From: a virus
DNA length: 64,000 nt
IMG/VR virus record: IMGVR_UViG_3300035698_011327
Coordinates: 12,293 to 76,292 of that record
Direction: 5' to 3' (one strand)
Below the pieces are notes generated by a model, which saw only the letters and a program-made list of their open reading frames with translations, did not search any database and was not told the DNA's origin. This document shows, one piece after another, positions 55,895-64,000 of the stretch. Each line of letters starts with the position of its first letter. The stretch's first letter is position 1. A program made the position numbers and the translations under genes.

Positions 55895-57823
55895 CTAAAC
55901 ATCATTAGGTGTACAATCTCCATTTTCAGGAGGTGGCCTCCATTTGAGGCCTTCTACTTCCTTGTAGAGTAAATAAAAATCTCTTGTTATTTCAACATGG
56001 GAAATATGGCCAATCTCTATCGATGTATCGATATGGATCTTATAGCCAGACTTCTTTAGCTTAGAGCAAAAATCAATATCTTCCCCTACATTTCTCCCAT
56101 CCTCAATCTTGTATGTTTCAAACCAAGGATAAGGTATATCAAGAAAAACAGCTGTGTCGTACATAACACATGCGCAGCCTGTTGCGTCTACTTCTATGAG
56201 ATCGCCTGAGAAACATTCATCATCTGGAACATGATCGTATGATCCGAGCTCACCACGTAGCGCAATGACATCAAAAGGCGGCCAACGCCTATGAACTAAC
56301 CCTGTTACAACTTCCTTCTCATGACTCAGCAGCTTCGGAATTGTATCCATTGGATAATTCTGATCCGTGTCCATCATGAGTAAATGAGTACATCCTTCTT
56401 TAAGGGCTTGTACAACCAGGTCATTCCTGATAATATCTATAGGCCCTGGATTCTTTGGAAGGAGAAATGTAAAATCAGGTTTCTCCATAAGCGTCCAAGA
56501 CGTTAAAAACGACGTATAAACTTTAACATCAGTCAGTGGAAGGGCTATACCAAGTTTTGTAAATCCAGTAGCACGCTTCCTCTCATGATATAATTTTTGA
56601 TCTTTAAGTCTACTCTTTTCATCATAAACTCTTTTATAGTCATCGTCGTTCCATTTTTTATCTAAAACCGGATGATTATGCTTAACCACAGCATCTTTTG
56701 CCCATATATACCGACCAAGCTCTTTTGCTTTATCTGTTAACTCAACGTCGCAAAATAAATGGGTATACCCTGTATAGAAAAATTCTTTATTTTCAAGAGA
56801 ATTAAGGATGCGCTTATCTGCTAACCAATGAGTAGCTGCAGTGTCCCCATCATTCATTTCGTCGTTGAAACCAACAATCCCCCATCTCCCTTCAAAATCA
56901 TTCATCTTTATGACGGCTCTTATTAAAAAACCTTTCTGAGGGATTGTATCGTCACCTAAGAAAAGTACAAGATCATGCTTGGCTTTCTTGACGAGCCTTT
57001 TAAGCATCTTCGGGCAGCCTATCCTATCTTTATCGACTTCCGTCACTATCTCATATCTTTCTTCTGGATAGCATGTGTTCTTTTTTATAGCCGCAATACA
57101 GTCCCTAACTCTATCTTCTCTGATGACTGGTATTAGAATTGATACTGATGGGATCGTTTCAATATCAATCCTTTTCGTATCAAGAAGATACAATGCGTCT
57201 TCAGGTTTCGGCTTATTATAATCAGGAAGATCAAGAATCTCTAACTCAACTCCGTCATAAAATGCACTTTTAGCAGAGATATCGTCTTGGTAGATAGTCC
57301 ATCCAGTAAGAAGCCCTGTGCCCTCATCTATCTTCGATATCTTATCAGACCTACCAACTAGTCCTGATCCTCCAACAGTTTCCCAATGGACAATATTATT
57401 CCCGATAAAGTCTTCAGTCTTGCTTATTTGCAGGAGATGATCCCAATCTTTCACCCCTTTGATTATAAATTTGTGCTTTGCCTGTACAAAATCTAATGAG
57501 CCAAAATCTAAGGCTGATACGAGAGCACTAAGCCAACCTTTTGGGACTAGTGTGTCATTGTCTACTTTAGCGAATAGCCCTTCTCTTCCAACAAGATCAA
57601 AGAACTGATTCATAGCGCCAGCGACACCACGATTCTCATCGTTTAATATAATCCCTCTAATCCCCTTATCAGATAAGCTGTTAAGGTATTCTACAGTCCC
57701 ATCAGTTGACCCATTGTCTATTATGACCACCTCTCCAAAATCTCTCGTGTTCTCAAGAAGAACTGGTAGGGTCTGTCGTGTGTAATCGATTCGGTTAAAC
57801 GTTGTGTATAATACTGGTATCAT
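55895..57823 (-). CDS. multi-domain glycosyltransferase (three GT2-like domains)
   Basis: IIDNGSTDGT..KVDND; LFLGDD..CD.EL; LMMDTD..GEDIDFC. Confidence 0.85.
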   Translation of the reverse strand: MIPVLYTTFNRIDYTRQTLPVLLENTRDFGEVVIIDNGSTDGTVEYLNSLSDKGIRGIILNDENRGVAGAMNQFFDLVGREGLFAKVDNDTLVPKGWLSALVSALDFGSLDFVQAKHKFIIKGVKDWDHLLQISKTEDFIGNNIVHWETVGGSGLVGRSDKISKIDEGTGLLTGWTIYQDDISAKSAFYDGVELEILDLPDYNKPKPEDALYLLDTKRIDIETIPSVSILIPVIREDRVRDCIAAIKKNTCYPEERYEIVTEVDKDRIGCPKMLKRLVKKAKHDLVLFLGDDTIPQKGFLIRAVIKMNDFEGRWGIVGFNDEMNDGDTAATHWLADKRILNSLENKEFFYTGYTHLFCDVELTDKAKELGRYIWAKDAVVKHNHPVLDKKWNDDDYKRVYDEKSRLKDQKLYHERKRATGFTKLGIALPLTDVKVYTSFLTSWTLMEKPDFTFLLPKNPGPIDIIRNDLVVQALKEGCTHLLMMDTDQNYPMDTIPKLLSHEKEVVTGLVHRRWPPFDVIALRGELGSYDHVPDDECFSGDLIEVDATGCACVMYDTAVFLDIPYPWFETYKIEDGRNVGEDIDFCSKLKKSGYKIHIDTSIEIGHISHVEITRDFYLLYKEVEGLKWRPPPENGDCTPNDV

Positions 57824-57845
57824 TTTTAGTTAGCCCCTTCGTTAA

Positions 57846-58295
57846 TCATTTAACTGCTATTAAAAGACCTTTTGTATGAATTATCTTTAATTTTTCATCA
57901 GTAACAACGTCCCACAAATTTCCTTTAAACTTTGCTTTAACTGAATATAAATCCCGATATAAATCATCCATGTAATAAAGCCAGCTGTTTATGTTCCAGA
58001 AGCTTACGTGCGTTGGGTCTTGAAAGGCACCTCTACCGTCCGTACTAGGAGTCATATGGACAAATTTTCCGTTTGGCTTAAGCACCCTATATATTTCTTC
58101 TATGACGCCAACTGTTTTCCCAATTGGAATGTGCTCAAGGAAATCAGCTGCCATCACTTCATCTACAGATGAGTCGTCGTAAGGCAAGCCTTCTGCTACA
58201 TCGACTATAATATCAGGGCTGACATCAGGTCTATTGTCGATGTTAACGTAACCTTCTATCTTGCGGTATCCGCATCCAAGATTAAGCTTCAGCAT
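57846..58295 (-). CDS. class I SAM-dependent methyltransferase
   Basis: LNLGCG, DFLEH, YRVLKPNG, QDPTH. Confidence 0.85.
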   Translation of the reverse strand: MLKLNLGCGYRKIEGYVNIDNRPDVSPDIIVDVAEGLPYDDSSVDEVMAADFLEHIPIGKTVGVIEEIYRVLKPNGKFVHMTPSTDGRGAFQDPTHVSFWNINSWLYYMDDLYRDLYSVKAKFKGNLWDVVTDEKLKIIHTKGLLIAVK

Positions 58296-58863
58296 CTTCG
58301 TCCTGACTTTCAATTTCGTCGGCTATTTCACTAAGATCATCTTTAACCTCAACTGGTTCTTCAACTTCACCAGCTTTCTTTGCTATAAGAATAGCATCTC
58401 TCCAATAACCGTTATTATCTGTCATAGCATAAATAACATCAAGCTCAACGAACTCTGCCATACCGCTTAAAGCTTGAGCTGTCATGTGGTATTTCTGTCC
58501 TTCTCCATACTCTCCGGCAGATGCTACAATTACGCAGCACAAAGCACCAGGCTTCATAACTCTATACATCTCGCAGAATATCTTCCAAGGTTGGTCAAGT
58601 GAAGTAAGGAATTGGCCAGATACCACAATATCGCAAGAATTATCAGCTATCTGATTCCACTTGTAAATATCCTCAGCGACAGTATCGACATTAGGCCCAT
58701 CGATTTCATCCAAAGATGTATAATTCCATAGCCTTGTATCGAAAATATTTCTATACGATCCATTCGTGCTAAGACCACCTACATCAAGGATTTCAAGTTT
58801 TTTGTTTTTCTTGAAATTATCCGATACGAATTTTTTCATTTTTTCAACTGAACTTGGATGCAT
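58282..58863 (-). CDS. class I SAM-dependent methyltransferase
   Basis: MHPSS..KM, ILDVGG...NGSYR, DIVVSGQ, RVMKPG. Confidence 0.8.
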   Translation of the reverse strand: MHPSSVEKMKKFVSDNFKKNKKLEILDVGGLSTNGSYRNIFDTRLWNYTSLDEIDGPNVDTVAEDIYKWNQIADNSCDIVVSGQFLTSLDQPWKIFCEMYRVMKPGALCCVIVASAGEYGEGQKYHMTAQALSGMAEFVELDVIYAMTDNNGYWRDAILIAKKAGEVEEPVEVKDDLSEIADEIESQDEDAEA

Positions 58864-58871
58864 AATTCCTC

Positions 58872-59282
58872 CTAATCCTTTTGTATTAAAAGGGTGTACC
58901 TGACAATCGCTTCGTAGACATCATCAGGCTCTATTTTTATCGATGGCATTATCATGTCCCTTTCCATCTCTAATGCTGAATATCCACTAACTGTAAGGTT
59001 AGCGTAGTCGTAAAGAGCAATTAAGTCTATAACTCCATCATCACATTCGTTCGCCGTTTTACCATAGTAATTAAATTGTACAAAGACGTGCTCAAATTCA
59101 AGATCAAATGTGCGTTCTGGCAGCTGTTCAAAAATATAGAATACACAGTATGGAGTTCCAGGATTCTCTGGGGCCTCAACGTAATAGAGTTTTTCTCCAT
59201 CCAAGTCGTAATACAGAGGAGACGTTGTGTTATCGTCTATTAGGTGCCCATACACTCCGGTTCTTATTGTCCCTGTTGCCAT
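58872..59282 (-). CDS. tail terminator/completion protein (DUF3168-like)
   Basis: YYVEAP....PYCVF; position in the neck module. Confidence 0.7.
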   Translation of the reverse strand: MATGTIRTGVYGHLIDDNTTSPLYYDLDGEKLYYVEAPENPGTPYCVFYIFEQLPERTFDLEFEHVFVQFNYYGKTANECDDGVIDLIALYDYANLTVSGYSALEMERDMIMPSIKIEPDDVYEAIVRYTLLIQKD

Positions 59283-59283
59283 T

Positions 59284-59754
59284 TTAAACCCTAGTGAAAG
59301 ATGTTTTTATTGCTTCTCTCGCCCTTCTAAGGGCTGGCCACAAATACGGCCTCGACTGTAATTTTCTTCTCGCAGATCCTTTCTCAAGAGATAAAGCGTA
59401 AGGCACATTCGACCCAACTGAGACGACATACCCTCCCATCGCCCTAGATGGCCTGCCTATTTTATCAGAGTATTTCGCTGCTGGCCCAACGCCCGACTTG
59501 TCGCCCCAATTTGTTTGATATGATATCGAATCGTGTAATCTGCCTGAAAAAGGTGAAGGTGGTTGGCCAGGAGCAGAGGCTTGATGGGTAACGCCCTTGC
59601 TAATCCTATATTTCCTGCCACCTTTACCAGCAGCAGCCATAGACCTTCTTATGTCACTTACCATAAACCTTCCGACATCAATTAAAGCAGCCCTACTTAC
59701 CTGCTCTACTCGCCTATACAACCCTGCCGGCCTTAATTTAAATACTAAGCCCAT
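59284..59754 (-). CDS. neck protein, HK97 gp10-like
   Basis: HQASAPGQPP..SGRL..SI, YA..LE.G, RPYLWPA. Confidence 0.8.
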   Translation of the reverse strand: MGLVFKLRPAGLYRRVEQVSRAALIDVGRFMVSDIRRSMAAAGKGGRKYRISKGVTHQASAPGQPPSPFSGRLHDSISYQTNWGDKSGVGPAAKYSDKIGRPSRAMGGYVVSVGSNVPYALSLEKGSARRKLQSRPYLWPALRRAREAIKTSFTRV

Positions 59755-60080
59755 TACTTCACCTTAACCAAATCTATTTTTAACAGCCAGCCCTTTTCAA
59801 GGAGATCATCCACATATACTATCCGATATCTCTGCTCAGTACCAAACTTGGAAAACTCGTCAGCTTCTGTAATCTTAGTGCCCCTTGGGTAAGAACACCA
59901 GAACTGATGCGTAGCATAAGAAGTCTCTTTGCCTGTCTTTGGATACTCTACGCCTTTTATGAGAGCAAGCATGCCTCTTATTTTTCTGATAGTCGTCCAA
60001 GTATGCGTAAGCCCACCGCCTCCATCGCTTACAGACGATTTCCTTTTAAGCTCTAACTGGACTTTTGGCCCTCTCATCAT
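59754..60080 (-). CDS. head closure/head-tail adaptor (SPP1 gp16-like)
   Basis: SDGGGG...TW, position in the neck module. Confidence 0.75.
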   Translation of the reverse strand: MMRGPKVQLELKRKSSVSDGGGGLTHTWTTIRKIRGMLALIKGVEYPKTGKETSYATHQFWCSYPRGTKITEADEFSKFGTEQRYRIVYVDDLLEKGWLLKIDLVKVK

Positions 60081-60083
60081 AGC

Positions 60084-61370
60084 TTACACCATAAGCCTTT
60101 TTGTTCCGTAAAGATGATATGAGTAAACTCCCGGCATAACATATGTGTCGTAACCTTTCGCAATGAGCTTATCATAATAGTCGTTGTCGACTCCAAAAAA
60201 TCCATCTTTAAACCCACCGACATCTTCCCATGCTTTCTTATTCGTGAGTATAAAGAATCCAGAGAAAGGGGAATCAGGATTAGACTTAAATGTTCTATCT
60301 CCGAATTTATTCCAAAGATTATTAGCAGTCTCTATGTGCATAATGATATCCGTACTAAGAACACAAGACTCTGCTCTTTGATCAGGGCAGCTTATTGCAT
60401 TTGTACAGCAAGTTATCCATCCTGCTTTTTCTCCATATTTATCGATAGCACTAAGGCAAGCTCTGTACCAATTCCTGCTAAGAAGAAGGATGTCGCTATC
60501 AAGGAACAATGTCCAACCACTCGACTGATCCATGATCTTGTTGTATTCTTCTCCTATATTCCCTGTCATAGAATACGGTATGCGAATATCTATTGAGGCA
60601 GCATTCTTTAAATTAGGCATCGGGTCTATATTGTTTCTTATGTTATCTGCTCCAGCAAGCCTTATCCAAGTCCTCGACATATCGTCTCCAAATGCATCGA
60701 CTACGCTACCGATATCTATACAGTGTATATCAATCTCCATCTCCCAAAGGCGGCAAGCTGTCACCTTCGATGCTGCTCCGGCAGCAAGAATCACAACGTC
60801 ACATTCTTTTACTTTCTTTTCAACTTCTGGCCACCACTCGTCTATGCTATAATAAGCATTTTCAGGTGGGGTGCTAACATAGAAATCTATTTCACCAAAT
60901 ATCCTTTCTACTTCATCCTTGCTTCTTGTCCCAACAAATAGCACCTTCTTGTTCCTTATGAACATATTAAGGAAATCATTTAACATCCCTGGATTAAATA
61001 CACTAAGATAGTGAAAAACAATTGGGCTGTAAAACTTCTCTTGCGAGGTTATGCTCTCTGCTTTCTCTACAAGAAGCTTGTTATAACTTCCACCATCTAC
61101 TGATCCTTCTATAAACATCCCAGGCTTCATTCCTTCTTCAAAAGGATACCCTATGCTTGCTGCTTTTATGAATCTATCGTCATCTATCAGAAATGACTTT
61201 TTAATATCTCTTGCTAACTCTGGACTAGATGTATGCCTTCCATCGTAATCCCCAGTCATAAGCATCATCTCTCCGTCGCCATATCTCGTATAAAAGAGAC
61301 GCTTGTGACATCTCATCATGTACGATAAGTAATTTATGCTATCAGCTACATTTGCTACATCAAATGTCAT
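60084..61370 (-). CDS. GT-D fold (DUF1792-like) plus GT2-like glycosyltransferase fusion
   Basis: YTRYGDGE, PPENAY, LAAGAASK, IDIGS; C-terminal LFLDSD...GVDNDY. Confidence 0.75.
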   Translation of the reverse strand: MTFDVANVADSINYLSYMMRCHKRLFYTRYGDGEMMLMTGDYDGRHTSSPELARDIKKSFLIDDDRFIKAASIGYPFEEGMKPGMFIEGSVDGGSYNKLLVEKAESITSQEKFYSPIVFHYLSVFNPGMLNDFLNMFIRNKKVLFVGTRSKDEVERIFGEIDFYVSTPPENAYYSIDEWWPEVEKKVKECDVVILAAGAASKVTACRLWEMEIDIHCIDIGSVVDAFGDDMSRTWIRLAGADNIRNNIDPMPNLKNAASIDIRIPYSMTGNIGEEYNKIMDQSSGWTLFLDSDILLLSRNWYRACLSAIDKYGEKAGWITCCTNAISCPDQRAESCVLSTDIIMHIETANNLWNKFGDRTFKSNPDSPFSGFFILTNKKAWEDVGGFKDGFFGVDNDYYDKLIAKGYDTYVMPGVYSYHLYGTKRLMV

Positions 61371-62533
61371 ACAAGCGTCCTTCTGTATCTATCAAGTATG
61401 TCTTTTGTCTCTTTTGGTATCGTGCCTTTTTCAAAGATCGTTCTTAAGCCAGTCGACCCAGAAGCACCTATATTATAAAAATCGATACCAAAGACAGAGT
61501 TCATTGTTCTCTCATAGTAATATTGAATAAGACCTTTTACTGCGAATTTTAAATCATCCGGCATATCAGTAGCACTATAACCGGCAGTATAATCAATAAA
61601 AACATTTCGAAAGCCTCTTGAAAAGCCAGGATGGAGCACCACCGTACCTGTTTCATAATCGACTTCGACATCGTATTCTCCTTCATCCGGTATCGAAAGA
61701 TATACAACTTTGCTGTTTATACAGCTCTTAGCGGATTCTGTTACTATGTCGGTTGACTTAAATGAGGAATAGGTTGTACTGGAGACTGCGGCTGACCAGC
61801 CGCTTCCTAGGGCGTTTACAGCCCCTATAACCGTTGTTATTGTAGGGTATGTAGCAAATAGGATTGTCTCGTCTGCGGTGCCGTCAAGAACAAGCCTTAA
61901 GCCCGTACTCTTTACAGATGCAGAAGCTGAAGAACCTGTGCTTGTATTCTTTATCTCTATCACATTAATCGTACCAACTGCTACACGATCAACATTTATG
62001 ACTGGATATTGCTTAAGATTTATCGCTTTGTGACCATTCCCGCTATATCTCTCAAGCTTATAATCTGTTTCCTCAAATGTTCTTTTACAGTAACCCTTGA
62101 CATATCTTTCAGCTTCATCGTGGATTGAGTTAGCTATATCAGAAGGATCTCTTGCTGTAGAATCGCTCACGTTCGTTTGAGCTGCAGCTTGATCAGCGGT
62201 AAAGCCTAGAGTCAACCCAGCTGAACTACCAGTTTGAGTATACGCAATTGTATTCCCTGCTCCAGCGTCAATTGTATACTTGTGAGTAGGGAGGCTGTAT
62301 GAGACATCAAAAGCAACCGTACCCCCTGTAAGGGTAGAGTCTGCGTTTATAGCAGTCTGAAGAGCCACTCCAAGAGCGTCAGCCTCATAAGTGCCTTCTT
62401 CTATTCTAAGGGTAGATGGGCCACCTTCGCTACTAGTAAGCACAATGTTATCATTTATCGTGTTAACTGTGAAGTACCCTTGTCCTTCTTCAATAAGCAA
62501 AAAAGCATATGTGTCGGTCATTGAAACAATCAT
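61367..62533 (-). CDS. head-tail connector (gp6/gp15-like) with inserted domains
   Basis: AE.YV..YCKRTF, IDYTAGY....PDDLKFAV, ILDRYRR. Confidence 0.7.
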   Translation of the reverse strand: MIVSMTDTYAFLLIEEGQGYFTVNTINDNIVLTSSEGGPSTLRIEEGTYEADALGVALQTAINADSTLTGGTVAFDVSYSLPTHKYTIDAGAGNTIAYTQTGSSAGLTLGFTADQAAAQTNVSDSTARDPSDIANSIHDEAERYVKGYCKRTFEETDYKLERYSGNGHKAINLKQYPVINVDRVAVGTINVIEIKNTSTGSSASASVKSTGLRLVLDGTADETILFATYPTITTVIGAVNALGSGWSAAVSSTTYSSFKSTDIVTESAKSCINSKVVYLSIPDEGEYDVEVDYETGTVVLHPGFSRGFRNVFIDYTAGYSATDMPDDLKFAVKGLIQYYYERTMNSVFGIDFYNIGASGSTGLRTIFEKGTIPKETKDILDRYRRTLV

Positions 62534-63093
62534 AGTCTTTTCCTCCTTGCCGCCGTCATCTTTTCTATTGTTTCAGGACTATGCTTTCTCCCATACATCG
62601 GGTGAGCCTTGCCTAGTTTTTTTTCTCGCATTTTTGCTATTGCTTCAGGGCTATGCTTTCTTCCATACATTGGGTTCCTACTACCAGTTCTATCAACTTT
62701 GGCAGCTCTCATAGAGATGCTCATGTTGTTTTTGTGCTCTTTTGTGAATTCCCTTCCAATTAACCCTGCTGATATCCGATCTCTTTTCCAGCCACAGATA
62801 CCTGACCCACCTGATGTCAGGTTATATCCACCGATACCAAATGAATTAAATTCGGCTATATAAAAAATCTCCTTCTTATCAAGTTCTTCTCCTGAATCAG
62901 CAGAACAAATCGTCTCCCAGATGAACGACTCTTTTCCATTCTTCTTAAGAGCATTGTGAAAATAAGCTCTTGGGCCTGTCTTTATTCGCCTTTCATGAAC
63001 GGCACGTCTGCGCTTAAGAGAGTGGATGGTTTGACCTATATAAGCCTTTCCATTTGTTAGATTCGTTGCTTTATAGATTATACCGAATGTCAT
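62530..63093 (-). CDS. GIY-YIG homing endonuclease with NUMOD3 repeats
   Basis: GIIYKATN..NGKAYIGQT, GYNLT.GG, NPMYGRKHSPE-type repeat x2. Confidence 0.9.
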   Translation of the reverse strand: MTFGIIYKATNLTNGKAYIGQTIHSLKRRRAVHERRIKTGPRAYFHNALKKNGKESFIWETICSADSGEELDKKEIFYIAEFNSFGIGGYNLTSGGSGICGWKRDRISAGLIGREFTKEHKNNMSISMRAAKVDRTGSRNPMYGRKHSPEAIAKMREKKLGKAHPMYGRKHSPETIEKMTAARRKRL

Positions 63094-63099
63094 TGGTTG

Positions 63100-63151
63100 C
63101 CCTATACCTACCTATAGGCCCCTTCCTATTTGTAGATTGCAGAGCCTGCAG
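63100..63151 (-). promoter_or_regulatory. repeated intergenic motif, candidate late promoter (copy B)
   Basis: CTGCAATCTACAAA-N11-GCCTATAGGTAGGTATAGGG on the - strand. Confidence 0.45.
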
Positions 63152-63195
63152 AGGCCCTAAAATTAAATTATAACGGTATTCCCGTTCTTACTTCT

Positions 63196-63507
63196 TTATT
63201 CAACCGGATCTGGACTTTCCAGAACCCGATGAATAAAAATAAACATTATTATGGCACTTACAGCCGCTAACGGCACATTCTTTGTTATCCACCACCAATC
63301 ATCGTGAATTGAAAAATACCAATCGACACCATGAATCCTTGATATGTAACTCAAAAACACTGAATACCAAAGGGCCGCAAATAAGCAGACAATGCACCTA
63401 AAAATAGTGCTTATTTTAGGGTAAACATAAGCCCACCATATCAACATCGATATATTAACCCCCATGCTGACTAGAATCACCAAGTACACAGTCGCCGCAA
63501 GATCCAT
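63196..63507 (-). CDS. membrane protein (3 TM)
   Basis: Three hydrophobic segments. Confidence 0.6.
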   Translation of the reverse strand: MDLAATVYLVILVSMGVNISMLIWWAYVYPKISTIFRCIVCLFAALWYSVFLSYISRIHGVDWYFSIHDDWWWITKNVPLAAVSAIIMFIFIHRVLESPDPVE

Positions 63508-63676
63508 CCTGTTCCCTCTCTAATAGATTCCGTCTGAACCAATCAGGGTCACCATCGATAGTAGCGGTGAGTTCTTTGACTAAATCTTTTACTTCTTCAG
63601 CAGTCTTATTGTTAGTGTCGATTGACTTCTGAAAATCATTAGCCTTGAACTTATCTTTAACCCATTTCAAAAGCAT
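63455..63676 (-). CDS. hypothetical protein
   Basis: Short ORF between membrane genes. Confidence 0.45.
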   Translation of the reverse strand: MLLKWVKDKFKANDFQKSIDTNNKTAEEVKDLVKELTATIDGDPDWFRRNLLEREQDGSCGDCVLGDSSQHGG

Positions 63677-63679
63677 CTG

Positions 63680-63895
63680 CTAATTCCTTCCTGGAAGAAA
63701 TGCGGTCAGCAATGTTTTAATCTCAGCTAAAACGACAGTATTAGCTTTTACCGCATCAGTCTGTTTCCCAATCACCAAGTCTTTTTGTACCAATAACCGA
63801 TAAAACACAAAAATGGAAACTAATGCTATGAGACACGCAGGAGTCATTCCTACTTTTTCAGTGACGCTACCTATTAGCTTTATAATATCCATCAT
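63680..63895 (-). CDS. small membrane protein (holin-like)
   Basis: One TM plus an amphipathic tail. Confidence 0.5.
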   Translation of the reverse strand: MMDIIKLIGSVTEKVGMTPACLIALVSIFVFYRLLVQKDLVIGKQTDAVKANTVVLAEIKTLLTAFLPGRN

Positions 63896-64000
63896 TTATT
63901 TAACTTCCCACCAATACCGAGTAGCATTAAAGCAAACCCAAAGACAATCAGTCTGTCGTCCACGTCATATCCAAGCTTATCATATATTAATGATCCTGCT

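Noticed and set aside
1-64000. Alternative genetic code or suppressor tRNA
   Set aside because: Long genes are intact in the standard code, all three stop codons are used, and no CTA/TTA/TCA-anticodon tRNA was found.

Overview
The window is part of a large tailed dsDNA phage genome (siphovirus-type morphogenesis genes, standard genetic code, strong AGGAGG ribosome-binding sites). It has two convergent arms. The + strand arm (1-39071) carries early/accessory genes (Ycf46-like AAA ATPase, DUF2997/DUF1257/DUF3150-like proteins, sigma-like factor), nucleotide metabolism (ThyX, methyltransferase fusion, HAD phosphatase, PurA fragment), about 9 tRNAs and several tRNA-like RNAs. It also carries replication/recombination genes: DnaE with an intein and a fused UDG-like domain, SSB, RecA, 5'-3' exonuclease, RuvC-like resolvase, split SbcC with SbcD, and HNH endonucleases. 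The - strand arm (39072-64000) carries neck, tail, tape-measure and lysis genes interleaved with glycosyltransferases and methyltransferases. The best candidate for a new system is at 13694-16109. There, a promoter and rrn-type boxA precede four tandem structured RNA modules with a shared covarying scaffold (stem-AC..stem-AUACAUGC-[cargo]-stem-GACUC-stem). The cargos include a circularly permuted YrlA-like tRNA mimic and a complete tRNA-Lys, and the array lies directly upstream of a Ro60/TROVE-like vWA protein. Other highlights are a second permuted tRNA inside a larger ncRNA, a covarying three-way-junction leader upstream of HNH-type starts, an RR[LIM]D motif shared by unrelated proteins, and a probable virion glycosylation module. 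All family assignments come from motif recognition by eye; no database searches were run.
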